Notes under the pieces: model-generated
The model's database searches: none
What the model saw: only the letters and a program-made list of their open reading frames with translations
What the model was told of the DNA's origin: nothing
Assembly (NCBI GenBank): GCA_012295275.1
Contig: CM022668.1
Coordinates: 7,688,001-7,752,000, forward strand
DNA length: 64,000 nucleotides
Direction: 5' to 3'
Source: Chrysomallon squamiferum
Lineage: Eukaryota; Animalia; Mollusca
Shown here: in pieces, positions 28,078 through 42,830 of the stretch
Layout of the letters: each line of letters starts with the position of its first letter
Position numbering within the stretch: position 1 is the first letter of the stretch
Program-made: the position numbers and the translations under genes

Positions 28078-28891
28078 AAGACTGGTTATACTATAGATTA
28101 TATGATAACTGTTTTAAAGACTGGTTATACTATAGAATACATGATAACTGTTTTAAAGACTGGTTATACTATAGAATACATGATAACTGTTTTAAAGTCT
28201 GGTTATACTGTAGAATACATGATAACTGTTTTAAAGTCTGGTTATACTATAGAATACATGATAACTGTTTTAAAGACTGGTTATACTGTAGAATACATGA
28301 TAACTGTTTTAAAGACTGGTTATACTGTAGAATACATGATAACTGTTTTAAAGACTGGTTATACTGTAGAATACATGATAACTGTTTTAAAGACTGGTTA
28401 TACTATAGAATACATGATAACTGTTTTAAAGACTGGTTATACTGTAGAATACATGATAACTGTTTTAAAGACTGGTTATACTGTAGAATACAAGATAACT
28501 GTTTTAAAGACTGGTTATACTATAGAATACATGATAACTGTTTTAAAGACTGGTTATACTGTAGAATACATGATAACTGTTTTAAAGACTGGTTATACTA
28601 TAGAATACAAGATAACTGTTTTAAAGACTGGTTATACTATAGAACACATGATAACTGTTTTAAAGACTGGTTATACTGTAGAATACATGATAACTGTTTT
28701 AAAGACTGGTTATACTATATGATAACTGTTTTAAAGTCTGGTTATACTATAGAATATATAATAACTGTTTTAAACACTGGTTATACTATAGAACACATGA
28801 TAACTGTTTTAAAGTCTGGTTATACTGTAGAATACAAGATAACTGTTTTAAACACTGGTTATACTATAGAATACATGATAACTGTTTTAAA
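28078..28891. repeat. 39-bp minisatellite, about 21 copies
   Basis: atgataactgttttaaagactggttatact(a/g)tagaatac repeated. Confidence 0.95.
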
Positions 28892-30186
28892 GTACTTTGT
28901 AAATGGATATCTGTTATTAGCTGTATTTAATGGGTAAATAAGAAAAATGTGAGAAAAAGAAGAAAAAGTAATAAAGGAAATGAAAAAATAAATAAAATAA
29001 GAGAAATTATTTGAAAAGAAAGTAAAAAAAAAAAAAAAATTAAACTGTAAAACAAAAATAAAATAAAAATGCAAATAAATCGAGAATGAAACTAAAGAAA
29101 AAAATATAAATACTAATTTGAAAAGTTAACATAAAGTCAATAAAAAAGAATTAAAACTGGAAGAACAATATCAATCATACTGAAGTTTAATATATTTTTA
29201 AAAAGAAAGTAATAAAGTTTAACAATGGCAGAAAAAAAAAAAAGAGAAGAAAAATGAATGATAGTAAAAAACTAAAAGAACAATAAAAACATATGAAACA
29301 ATAAATAAATAAATAAATAAATAAAAAGTAAAAACTTTTAGAGAATAAAAATCTGAAGGATAAAATTCATTTTAAAAGTATTTTTAAAAAGAAAGTAAAC
29401 TTATAAAAACAACTAGAAAATAAAATAAAATTAAAAAAAAACAAGAAAAACATATAAAAATAATTAAAATCAGAAAAAAAGAGATTTGTCTTACTCAAGA
29501 CCAAACTTTCAATTAATCAAAATTAACTCTGCTGATTTCTTCAGTGTATTTTCAGAGAACAAATCTATTTACAGAAGAAAAAACAATTTAAAAAACGTAA
29601 CAATTGTGTTTATCCTGAGGTAAAATTATTTGTCTTCTCCAGAAAAAAAATGTATAAAATCAGTTTTAAATGTCAGTAGGTTAGTCAACACAGACTGGAG
29701 TTGTTAAATAACACTTCTCAAATGTTATTTCAACAATAAAAAAAGGAGAAGAAAAAACTTTGCTAATTTTCGTGGGTAATAGGCAATTTGTTTCAGTGAT
29801 TTTATTGCTGAAGTGAAGTAAAAAGGAATTTACTTTTCTTATTTTTTATTTTTTTATTTATTTTTTTTTTGAAAGAGGGAAAAATGATGTAATATTTCTT
29901 GTATTTGATATGAAATGTGAAATAAAGAAATAACATAACAGTCAACAGATCCATACTGTGTGTTTATATATTAATTATTTTGTTTAGTTTGGGAAAATAA
30001 TTTCAGATATATAATATAATATATATAAGATTATGTGTGTTTTTTAAAATTAATTTTTATTTTGGTTGAAAAAATAAAACAGTATATATGTTTGTACATG
30101 TATGTATGTACATAAGTATATATATTTATTTGTATGTATGTATGTATGTATTTATGTCTGTCTGTGTGTAAATATATATATATCTA

Positions 30187-30221
<35 letters not shown>

Positions 30222-32104
30222 AAATAATTAGCTTATAGTAGTCATATTTTCTTTTTACTTTTATGTTTCAAGTTTTATATTATAAAATAATTCTATAAAC
30301 AATTTTTCCCTTTTATTAGTAAAAAAGGTAATCTTTCTAGGTCATAGATATATCTATACACCTTTTTCAAGTAATTTATTTTAAACATCTATTCATTCAT
30401 TCATTCATTCTCATCATGGGTACTGCATTTACATGAATCATAATTAACATCATTGTTATTACTTAATTAATTTAGTATTTTCAAAATCATTAACATCGCA
30501 TTAAACATGAATAAATAATTCTTATAATGTTAATATTATATATAAATGATACCTTCCATGTCCAAGAATATCAAACACTTCCAACATGGACTTTATTTTC
30601 ATTCACTTATCTTTACCAGTATTTGAAACGACAAATACCTGACACAAGCCATTTAGACATTTTTTTAAATTTTTATTTCTGTGAGATGTGAAAGGAACAA
30701 AAACCTCTGACACTCAGGGTATAGAGGCAAGTAACAAAGGTAAAAATGAAAAGACAGAGAGAGATCAGGTGTCAACTGTTCAGCCTGCTATAGACAGAAC
30801 AACAGATAAACTAAAACAAGTCTGGAACTTGTTGGTAAAATGATCCACATATCACTTGTGTATTTGTTGTGTTTGCTTGGGGTTTGTTTGTGTTGTTGTA
30901 TAAACAGGCTTCTTTATCTGTATGTTTGTCTGCAAACTTGTTTGTACATATGCCTGTATGTATGTATGTATGTATGTATGTATATGTATAGTATATGTAT
31001 GTAGGTATGTATATGTATAGTATATGTATGTAGGTATGTATATGTATAGTATATGTATGTAGCTATGTATATGTATAGTATATGTATGTAGGTATGTATA
31101 TGTATGTATACATGTATAAATGTACGTATGTACAAGTGTAGGTATATTTTCAGATTTATATGCATGTATATATATATATATACATATATGTTTGTATGTA
31201 TGTATTAATAGATATATGAATTCATGTGTGTTTTTATATTACTGTATTTTGTGTGTGTGTGTGTGTGTTTGAAAACATGAGGATAATGAGTATATATTGA
31301 CATATTTACATTACTACAGTACAACAAAGCCTCTCTCTCACACAACACACACACACAGACACACAGACACACACATACAGACACACACACACACACACAT
31401 ACACACACTCAGACACACACACACAGACACACACACACAGACACACACTCAGACACACACACACAGACACACACACACAGACACACACACACACAGAGAG
31501 TATATATTGATATATTTACATTACTACATGTACAATATATATATATATATATCATATACAAACAGACACACAACACAGACACACACATGAACAGATATAT
31601 GAATTCATGTGTGTTTTTTTATATTACAAACAGACACACACACACAGACACACATGTGTGTTTGAAAACATACACACACAGGACACACACACACATGTAT
31701 CAAACAGACACACACACACACACACACACACAAACAGACACACACACATTGACATATTTACATTACTCACACACACAGACACACACTCAAACACACACAC
31801 ACACACACACAGACACACACTCAAACAGACACACACACACAGACACACACTCAAACACACACACACACACACACACAGGGACACACACACACACAGAAGA
31901 CACACACACACACACACAGACACACACACACACACACACAGACTGTGTCACTGCAGTGGAAACAGAAATGATGGATAACAACATTTACATCTTGTCACAG
32001 AAAACAGAGTAAACATCAGTTGTGTGGCATCCAGACAATGAATCACTTTGTTTTACACATCTCTGGTACACACACATACACACACAGTGTGTCTGTCACT
32101 CAAG

Positions 32105-32950
32105 TGCAGAGGGCTTCAGGATCAGATCTCCATAGCTGACCCAAAAGGCTATTTCCTTGTTTGGCTGGAATTAGTAACTATTCTGCGGGTTGGGCCTAGG
32201 TTATTTCCTAAGTTAACTAAAAGTCTCTGATTTATGACTGGACTGTATGTCAGTGGTTACTGGTTCAATTCCCAACAGTGGACACAACACATTATTCTGT
32301 AGATTAACTTGAATTTTTTGATTTGTGAGTGGAGTGTAGGTTAGTGGTTAGAGTAAGCGTCTGATTGTGTGAAATGTTAGATGTTCAGTTCCTTACAATG
32401 GATGGATTCAGAAGGCTGTCTTCTGATTAAACTAGAATTCCCACACTGGTGATTTGTCTGAGGAATAATAGTTACAATTACTGTTGATATGGGAAAGGTT
32501 TCATGTTCAATTCCCAGTAATGGATCTAAATGGTTATTTTCTGGTTTAACTAGAATTTGAATATTACTAACTGGGCTACAGATTAGTGTGAAGCATTTCA
32601 ACATCTGTCCTTCACAGTGCATTAAAATGGATGTTCTCTAACTAGAACTCCAGTACAGACATTCTATGTTAGAACAACTTCGTTGATATATGAAAGGTTG
32701 TTAGATCAATTCACCACAAAGGAAATTAAGATTTTTTTTCAAATCAAGTTCAGATGTTAAAACAACTGCTTGAGGGATTTGAGTTTTCAGGATCAATACT
32801 GCTTAGGGTTAACATGAAGCCTATTTCCTGTTCTAGATTGTACTCAACAAATCTTTTGTGGAATCTGGCTACATTTCTATAATTTTTCTTTTTTATTATT
32901 ATTTCTATGAGATGTGAGAGACTGCAGGATCAATTCTGCACAGTGGTTCT
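32105..32950 (+). mobile_element. Cluster of decayed tRNA-SINE-like heads
   Basis: Repeated B-box-like g(g/t)(t/a)tcaatt(c)cc motifs (about 32263, 32506, 32704, 32927), an A-box-like tgtaggttagtggttagag (32335), and aggctatttcc / aagcctatttcctgttc tails. Confidence 0.45.
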
Positions 32951-34274
32951 ACTCAACAGTTTCCTGATACAGCTAGCATTCAGTGATTTGTGAAAATGAG
33001 AGGGTTTACTTACATATTTGTTTATGTAGTTATATTTTTATTCATATGACTGTGCTTATCAAAAGTATTGCATTCGTTTGTATTAGTACATTCATGTATA
33101 TGTTAATAAATAATTTATTTCAGTTATTATCTGAATCAGAATCTAAACTGTGCTAGATTGTTACTGATTCAAGCTTTTATTAAAAATATTCTGCCAAAAA
33201 TTATACCTCATCAATTCAGTCTGTACCATTTATTTTTTATTTTGCTTCAGCAATCGCAAAAAACCTTGAAAGATTGAATCATTTCTTTCTTGTATCTTTT
33301 CAAATAACTGTGTGTCTATGTGTGTAAGTGAATCAATGTATATATGTGTATATATATATATATAAAAATTAATTAATTAATTATATTTGTGTTAAATACC
33401 ATCATATATAAATACATTTACTAACAAGTGATTTTCAGTATTAGAATTAATGAAGAAATGATTTCATTGTTTATTTATTTACCTAGTAAACACAGTCAGT
33501 AATTAATTACAGGTTTGTCTTGACACCTGTAAGACATTAAAAGCAGGTGTTATTAGGTGTTATGCAGGTAATCTCGTTAACTTGTGTGTCACATGCTACC
33601 TGTGTTTTCTGTTTAACAAGATTAAAAAGTTTGTTGATATGAAAACCAATTCATAATCAAATATAAAACTAAAAGTAATAATTAAGATTCATTATATTAT
33701 AAATCATTTGTGTGTTTATTTGTGTCTGTGTATATGTGTGGGTGTATGTATGTATGTATGTATTTATGCCTGTATGTATGTATATGCATGTATGCATGTG
33801 TGTGTGTGTATATGTATGTAAGTATTTGTATGTGTGTATGTATGAATATAATTATACACATGGGGAGAGAAAGACAGACACACACACATATGCCAAACCA
33901 TAACAGAAAGAGTAACACACTTAGATGAAAAATACAGAGGTAATTCACTCATACATACACACACACTCCCTCATGCAACCTCACCCTCTCACACACACCA
34001 TCACAAAACACATAACAGATTTATATTTAGTCCTCAAACATTATGTCATCATAACCAGTCTGTTGTAAAGTGTGTTAATGACAATTCAAACAATGTTTGT
34101 TTATTAATAACACTTTCATAAGACTGAGTGAACACATATCCCATTACAAAGACAGTTTCGTCTTTGAAGTATATCGATTTTCTTGAACAATATATACAAT
34201 AGAGTTTTAAAATCTGTAACAACAGATTCTTTTTTTCATTACAAAATATTCTTAAAATTCATGTTCTTTAAAAT

Positions 34275-34317
<43 letters not shown>

Positions 34318-34667
34318 CACACATATACACATACATACATACACAGACACATGGACAAACATCATTTCTATTGTAATCAGAGTTTGAGAATGAAACCATG
34401 CTGTGGCCATTCCAAGATCAGCAGCAAAATTATAATATTACATATACCCTCCCATAAACAGCATATATTTCTATAGATATGAAAACATAAACCATGGTAT
34501 TTAATTCAGTACAACTCTTCATGAGTAGTAACTGTATATATCAGTGTATGTATGTTAAAGATGCTTTTTAAATAATTTTTTGAAGTCTGTTTAAATACAT
34601 AATTATAAAACAAAATATAACAACAATAATAATAACAATATAATAATAATAGTTATATAATAACAGT

Positions 34668-34721
<54 letters not shown>

Positions 34722-35206
34722 TTTCTGTTATTTAAATGTAAAATCTTTTTATAAAGGTACAGATAACAGACATTATCTTTAATTCAACAGAACAGGTGTA
34801 AATAGCATCAAGCACGTTTAATTGAAAGTAAACAAGCTAATAAAAGAAGAATCAAGAGCTAAGTATGTAACAGAATAAAAAACTCACACCCAGGCTGGTA
34901 AACAATTAAGAAGAAAACAAAAATAATCATAAGATGCATTTGCACTTTCTGCCATTCTTATCTGGAGTTATTTGAAGTTACCAGGAGGCCTTAGCTTCAC
35001 CGCCAAGAGCTACTTAGCCAGGTAATGAGCTATGAATGTTTATGTATCTGGAAGTGCAGAGAGAACAATGTGTTTGCAGTGAATGGGAAATCTGCTGCTG
35101 ATGGTCCAGAGACTTAAACAGACGTGTGGGAGGAGAGTGCTTCAGTCTGTGTGCGTCTCTTCAAGTAGAAAGGTGATGGAGTGTGATGTAGACACAGAGA
35201 CAGGCT

Positions 35207-35660
35207 ATAGATAGATAGATAGATAGACAGATAGATAGATAGATAGATAGACAGAGAGATAGACAGATAGATAGACAGAGAGATAGACAGATAGATAGAT
35301 AGACAGATAGACAGATAGATAGCTAGATAGACAGATATATAGATATATAGACAGATAGATAGATAGATAGACAGATAGATAGATAGACAGATAGACAGAT
35401 AGATAGATAGATAGATAGACAGATAGATAGATAGACAGATAGATAGATAGATAGACAGAGAGATAGACAGATAGATAGATAGACAGACAGATAGATAGAT
35501 AGACAGATAGATAGACAGATAGACAGATAGATAGCTAGATAGACAAATAGATAGATAGATAGATAGATACACAGATATAGAGATAGACAGATAGATAGAT
35601 AGATAGACAGATAGATAGACAGATATATATACATATAGATAGATAGACAGATAGATAGAC

Positions 35661-35695
<35 letters not shown>

Positions 35696-35890
35696 TAGAT
35701 AGATAGATAGACAGACAGATAGACAGACAGACAGACAGACAGATAGACAGACAGACAGACAGACAGATAGACAGATAGACAGACAGATAGATAGACAGAT
35801 AGATAGATAGACAGACAAATAGACAGACAGACAGACAGAAAGACAGATAGATAGGTAGATAGACAGAGAAAAATATAGATAGATAGAAAG
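35207..35890. repeat. (GATA)n/(GACA)n tetranucleotide array
   Basis: About 680 bp of mixed gata/gaca units. Confidence 0.95.
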
Positions 35891-35972
35891 AGAGAGACAG
35901 AAGGGAGTGGAGCAACAAAGGAAAGAAATAAAGAAAAAGACTAAAAAGATCAAGAGACAGAACAAATGAAAA

Positions 35973-36061
<89 letters not shown>

Positions 36062-36769
36062 TTCATAGACAGATAAAAAGAAAGATGGAAAGACAGAAAG
36101 TGAAAGAAAGAAAGAAGAAAATACAGAGAACAAAGACAGGAAAAGACAGGAGAGAAAGACAAAAGGAATAAATCAACAGAGATAGAAGAGAATGACAGCA
36201 ATGATGACACAGAACAAGACAACAAGAGAAGAAAGAATCAGAAAAATAGTTACAGACAATGACAGAGAGAGACAGAAATGTAATCAGAGCAAGAGAAACA
36301 AGAAAGTGTAAGAAAATATTAAGGAACTGCTGAACATTAAATAACACATCCAGAAATACATTTAGGAAACAAACAGAGCCTACATACATGATCTCAGTTT
36401 CATTATTTATTTATATTCGTTTTTAAATTTGATTTGTCAATCTTGATTACACACTGACATTCACTAACACAATTTAGATGATTTATTTTGTGGTTTAGAT
36501 CATTTTTTGTTCCCTGTCTTCATTTTAAAATTAAATATATTAGTCTTCAGAGCTTTGGCAGTTCTATCTTTAGTCAAGAGCTGTTTAGGAAGAAACACAA
36601 GAGATTTTCATTACATTATAAATTGATGAAGATGAATTGTGGTATTAATTTTACAGAGGATTTCTTTTATATCCAGCTTAATCTAGTAGATTTTAAATTT
36701 TTTATATTTTGTGTCTTGACACTCTGTGTCGTGTGATTTCAAGATAGACTGTGACTGTGTGGGTATGAC

Positions 36770-37630
36770 AAATTGCTGAATCAGTTCATGATACTGTTAA
36801 TAAATAACACAAGTTACTGAATCAGTTCATGATACTGTTAATAAATAACACAAGTTACTGAATCAGTTCATGATACTGTTAATAAATAACACAAGTTACT
36901 GAATCAGTTCATGATACTCTTAATAAATAACACAAGTTACTGAATCAGTTCATGATACTGTTAATAAATAACACAAGTTACTGAATCAGTTCATGATACT
37001 GTTAATAAATAACACAAGTTACTGAATCAGTTCATGATACTGTTAATAAATAACACAAGTTACTGAATCAGTTCATGATACTCTTAATAAATAACACATG
37101 TTACTGAATCAGTTCATGATACTCTTAATAAATAACACAAGTTACTGAATCAGTTCATGATACTGTTAATAAATAACACAAGTTACTGAATCAGTTCATG
37201 ATACTGTTAATAAATAACACATGAGTTACTGAATCAGTTCATGATACTCTTAATAAATAACACAAGTTACTGAATCAGTTCATGATACTCTTAATAAATA
37301 ACAAGTTACTGAATCAGTTCATGATACTGTTAATAAATGAATACTGAATCTCTTAATAAATAACACAAATTACTGAATCAGTTCATGATACTGTTAATAA
37401 ATAACACAAGTTACTGAATCAATTCATGATACTCTTAATAAATAACACAAGTTACTGAATCAATTCATGATACTCTTAATAAATAACACAAATTGCTGAA
37501 TCAGTTAATGATACTCTTAATAAATAACACAAATTGCTGAATCAGTTAATGATACTCTTAATAAATAACACAAATTGCTGAATCAGTTCATGATACTCTT
37601 AATAAATAACACAAATTGCTGAATCAATTT
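36770..37630. repeat. 41-bp minisatellite, about 20 copies
   Basis: ctgaatcagttcatgatact(g/c)ttaataaataacacaagtta repeated. Confidence 0.95.
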
Positions 37631-38605
37631 ATGATAATGTTATTGCTTGATACTTGGTAAGGCAAGTTACACTGAATTCATAACAATGCAGTTACTGGAT
37701 AATGTTCATGTATCAGATAAGAAAAACAGTGGGATGTGCTGCCTTGTGTGTATGATTTTATGAATACAAATATTTGTTATTTTCATGTACTCAGAGAGTT
37801 CTGTAGAAGAGAGAACATTTTATATAATTAATATAAATATTTTGTTTTCTATCAAAATGTGAACAGACAGCTTAACTGATTTCTTCTGTGACACTGTACT
37901 TCCAGACTTTTTTTTAATAATTCCACAAGCAGTTGTATTTTTCAAAATAAATGTTTATCATAAGGCACTAAAGATTGATGCACTTTAATAATTTAACATT
38001 TCAGATTTATTTCTAGTAAAACAATCACATATTTTCTGTTATTTCAACAGTGTTATGTTTGTGAGTTTCATAATGTTTGCATTGTGAAACACAGTCAGTA
38101 GCAAGTTTCAAATGAAAAACAAAATCATTAGATAAAATAACAATAATACTGCTGAGGAAAATACAGTAAAATAAGGGAAAATTAGAAAGAATTAATTTAA
38201 AGAAAAAGTGTGTGGAAAAATTAAATTTATAAAGAGTCATAGTTTCACAGAGGAATCTGTGGTGAGATTTGATGAGTGACTCCCTTTAAATTATCTGTTA
38301 TTTTTAATTCTACATTTTCATAATATTTTATGTTAAATAATGGTTATAATCTGTAGCATTATGAAACTGAATGGAACTATAATGTGTGTGTGTGAGAGTG
38401 TGTATACTAGTGTGTATGTGTTTGTGCATGTGTTTGTGGGTGTAATTGTGTGTGTAAGTGTGTATGTGTTTGTGCATGTGTTTGTGGGTGTAATTGTGTA
38501 TGTCTGTTTGTGGGTGTATATATGTTAAGATACTTTTTTATAACTTGTTGAAGACTGTTTAAATAAATAATTACAAAACAAAATATAACAGTTACAACAA
38601 CAACA

Positions 38606-38669
<64 letters not shown>

Positions 38670-38853
38670 TAATAATAATCATAATAATAATCATGATAAC
38701 AAGAACCATTTTCTAACAGTCATAAGTAAACTGATTATTTTCAAGGTCATCAATTTTAGTTCACAGAGTTAAAGTATTCTGTCACACACACTAAGTAAAG
38801 TGTGAAAACGCAAGGTCGCTGAGTGATTCCCTTTAAGAAAGAAAACTACTCAC

Positions 38854-38999
38854 GTATTGTGTAGAGGGTCCCATCTAAGCGTGAACGTCGCACTTTTGCA
38901 TTTCTTCATCATCTTCTTCGCATGCATCGGATTAGTATCCTTGACATCAACTGCAGGTAAATCCCCTTCTGATTTGTTTGGGTTGTTAGACTCAGCCAT
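38854..38999 (-). CDS. PDE1: Alternative first coding exon A of a PDE1 (Ca2+/calmodulin-dependent cyclic nucleotide phosphodiesterase) gene; carries a 1-nt frameshift as assembled
   Basis: ATG at 38999 in context caaaATGg. Translation MAESNNPNKSEGDLPAVDVKDTNPMHAKKMMKKCKSATFTL, then in the +1 frame LDGTLYTI, then donor C|GTGAGT (GT at 38853-38852). KKCKSATFTLDGTLYTI resembles the recalled vertebrate PDE1C N-terminus KKCRSATFSIDGYSFTI. Confidence 0.8.
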
Positions 39000-39669
39000 T
39001 TTGCTGTTTGTTTGTTGTTTTTTTCAGTAAGATCACACAAACAATTCACATCAACACCTCTACTTTATTTTTCTACTTTTTAAATTTCCTCTGGGAAATG
39101 AGGATTTGAAACAAATAATACCATACTTGCATAGAATTTTCTTTTCTTTCTTTTTCTTCAAACTTGAAGGTCTCTGTTTTTTTAATTCAGATGTCAGAAG
39201 GTAAATATAGCTGACATTTTCAGACTCAGTAATTGTATATCTGACATACCTCTAATCACTGCTGTAATCCTCCGGTAAATCTAGAAGCAAATTGATTTCT
39301 ACTTTTTGAACTAAACTTCTTCAAAGTGGACGCGACAGTACATTCTTTTCAGAAACACGTGAAAGCAAATCCAAAACTTAATTTACGTTAAGTTAAAGTA
39401 TTTCTCTGTGAGTTTTAAACTCAGTGTTATTCAACAAATAGAGACATTGTTTGAGATGAGTTTGAATTTGACAGAAAATAAATGGAAATAAATCATTTGG
39501 TTTTTAATATCTAAAACTGTATTGATTTTAATGTGCGACACCAGACTGGTTTCTGCAAATCCAAACCCTACAGCTGCAACCAGTCTATTAAGAAATTAAC
39601 TGGGATATTTTGTACATGATTGTTCAAATGTGTCATAACTCTGTTATTCTGTTACTACAGTAAATCTTA

Positions 39670-39915
39670 AAAGATTTTACAAAGTAAATTCTAATTATTA
39701 ATTAACATTAATTTCTAAGAAATGTTTCACAGTAGATTCTTATACATTTTTTTCACAGTTTGCACAGTAAATTCTAAGAAATGTTTCAAGGAAATTCTGA
39801 GAAATTTCACATTGTAGATTCTATGACATTTTGCACAACAGATTCTGTGAAAATTTGCAAATTAGACTAAGAAAATTTGCACAGGATATTCTAGGAAATT
39901 TTGCACTGGTTATTC
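39670..39915. repeat. Decayed ~23-bp tandem repeat
   Basis: attctaagaaat.t(t/g)cacagtag variants. Confidence 0.55.
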
Positions 39916-40960
39916 CAACTGTTTACATTAAAACTTTTGGATTGTGTGTTCCAGGAGTATTTTTGTACAAACTGCTGTGACCAAGTTTCATAACTGAAAA
40001 TATATCCAAATCTCAGTATGGGTTATTCCATTTCTACAAATACATTTTTGCACAATGAACATCAGAATATTTGCACAAAAAGTTTACAGATAGGATATGT
40101 TTCCAAATACCATATTACATCAGAATATATACATTTGAGTTACACAAGATTTGCCAGGATATAAAGGCACTGTTTGCTCAGGAAAGCACCTCTGCACAGG
40201 ATACTCAAGGATACTCCAGGATCCTTTTGCACAGGTAAAAATTATTGAATGCACAAATCAAGGACATCATTAAAAACACCATCAAGTATTTTTTTTTGAC
40301 ATTAATAACAATTCCTTACATATTTCAGAATTTAGTTATTCTTAAATGGTCTGCTACTTGGTTGTCTATGCCAAAAATGTCTATGCAGGTTATGTCAATA
40401 TACATTAGTAATTGCAGAACAGCAAATGATCCATTGGTATCATCAGATTATAAACAGTTTTAGTATGATATTCCATGCTGTGAGTTATCTACAGTTTAAA
40501 CCATTTTGTTTGCTAAGTACATTCCACCACATGTGTATGCAACAATCACAGTATACTCCTTTGTTTTGGCCATCAAGTATGTTGCAGTTTTGACGACTAT
40601 TTCACTTTTTTAAATGGTTGAATACAAGACTGTTAAGGTATTGTATATATGTAATGACAATAAAATTTTGTTCCATTACTGAAATATCATATACCAGCAA
40701 TATTACATTTGTTTAATCATCCCAGATGTAAATATTTTACCAGATATCACTGGTTTAATGATCAGTGAATGAAAAGTCTGCTGTTTTTATCATTGGGTAT
40801 AAAAGTTATCACATGTTTTGATATGTTATGAGTACATCAGTCGAATTTAACTGTAAGTTGGGGAACTGTAGATATCTGTTGAAATCACAAAGAATATTTT
40901 ATTCCACAAACTATATAAATAAATAAATAAATAAATAAGTAATTAAAAAAAAAAAATAAA

Positions 40961-40992
<32 letters not shown>

Positions 40993-41151
40993 CAACAACA
41001 AACTAATATTAATAAAAATTATAAAAAAGCCAATAAAAATAAAAATATTAAAACATATAATGAGATAAATTAAAAAAGGAAACCATTATTTTTTCTTAAT
41101 GCCTGGGAAATCCATTCAAATACCATCGCAATTATATTTTATTAGAGATAT

Positions 41152-41165
41152 GTTACCATGGTAAC
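41152..41165. promoter_or_regulatory. Perfect palindromic RFX X-box
   Basis: GTTACCATGGTAAC, about 2.2 kb upstream of the exon A ATG. Confidence 0.6.
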
Positions 41166-42830
41166 GGATATGACCAAATCCTCACAGACCAAAATCACCT
41201 GCCTGAGACCTGAGTATGTAGGTCACATGATGTCACACTATTATCTCAACTGTTTCCATGACATAGTTCCAACTGAGCCAATGAAAATGAAAAACAGACC
41301 TCAAACCATCACAGAAAGTAATAATAATAATAATAACAACAATAGCCAGTAGTAGTAGTAGTTGTAGTAGTAGTAGTAGTAGTTATAGTAGTAGTAGTAA
41401 CAGTAGTATTAATATTAGTACTAGTAGCAATTGTACTATTAGAAGTAGAAGTAGTAAATATAGTAAAATTAGTAATGAAAACTTAAATGGAAATAAATGT
41501 GAAAAAATCATGAAATGAAAAAGTTATAAAATAAATAAATTTTGAAATTCGAATTTATCTGAGTAAATTAGCATACAAAATTAATATTTAATCAAAATAA
41601 ATTTTGGAAATATTTGACAAGAAATGCATTTTGAAAAGTATACTGTCGAATTAACATATGAAAATTATTATTAATATTAGAATTATTACTAGAAAAATTT
41701 CATCAGAAAAGTAGGCTGTCAAATTAACATATTAATATTAAAAATATTATTAGAAAAATTTCATCATAAAATTATAGTGGAAAATTACTACCAATAAATT
41801 AGTTTCTGAAAAACTATTGGTTGAATATTAATATTGTAAAATTATACTCTGAAGTTATTTTAGTTAATATCTGTTGGAAAATAAAAATAACAACCTGAAT
41901 TGAATTCAGAAATATTTAATAGAAAATTAGAAATATTGACAAAAATTAAAATCTGAAAAAAATATTTAACATTTTTTTAACATCAAAAAATATTATTTTA
42001 ATAGTATTTTTATAAAACTAAATATTTTATTACATTATAACATAAAATATTTGTTGCTGTTATTTATTATGTTTTAATATGCTTGTATCATGATAGAGAA
42101 ATTTCAACAAATTTTAATAATCTTATTACTTTTTTCATTTCCTACAAAAACATCATTTTTTAATAATTTATTTCCATCTGTTTATTATCACTTAATTAAA
42201 TATTTAATTATTACTTGTAACATTTTAAAATTAAATATTTCTTGAATCTACAATTTCATACTTCATATTTTTAAATTAATGCTGTATTTTTAGCTGTTAA
42301 ATTATACATCTTTTTTTAAAATTAAACACTGCAAAAAAATTTAATATTTCTAATTTTGTATTTCCTTTTTCTTTACCTGCTTGATAAAAACTTGTGGATT
42401 CTGCATATTAAATTGTAAATTATAAATATTAAAGTATTATATATACACATATATATATTTTTTACTTTTGCTTGAATGTTAACATCAGAGTATTTTACTT
42501 TTTAAAATTAATACAGTATAGAGTTTTACCTAAAACACAGGAAATTCTTAAAGTCAAATTGAAAGCACTTTTACATTTTAAAACTAATTAAATATTGTTT
42601 CCTTCTTACAGTTATTTCATATACTTATTAAATATAAATTTAAATATCATAAATCTGTTTTTACTACCTGCTAAAATATTATTTTCCAATAATGCAGTAC
42701 TTACTCCAACAGTCAGAATACTGTAACAAAAATGACTAAAAATCAAAATGCACGTTTAACAGTCAAAATTTCTCAGGTAGTTAATCTCAGAATTATGTTA
42801 TCCTAGACAAACCTGAACTCAGATCTTTAC

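Noticed and set aside
27979-28937. 247-aa and 72-aa ORFs of repeated MITVLKTGYTIEY
   Set aside because: They are translations of a 39-bp minisatellite. The N-terminus is read from a decayed SINE, a deletion near 28720 breaks the frame, and no splice context or known domain is evident.
35114-36133. 339-aa ORF, the longest in the track
   Set aside because: It is a translation of (GATA/GACA)n, (TA)n and (GA)n.
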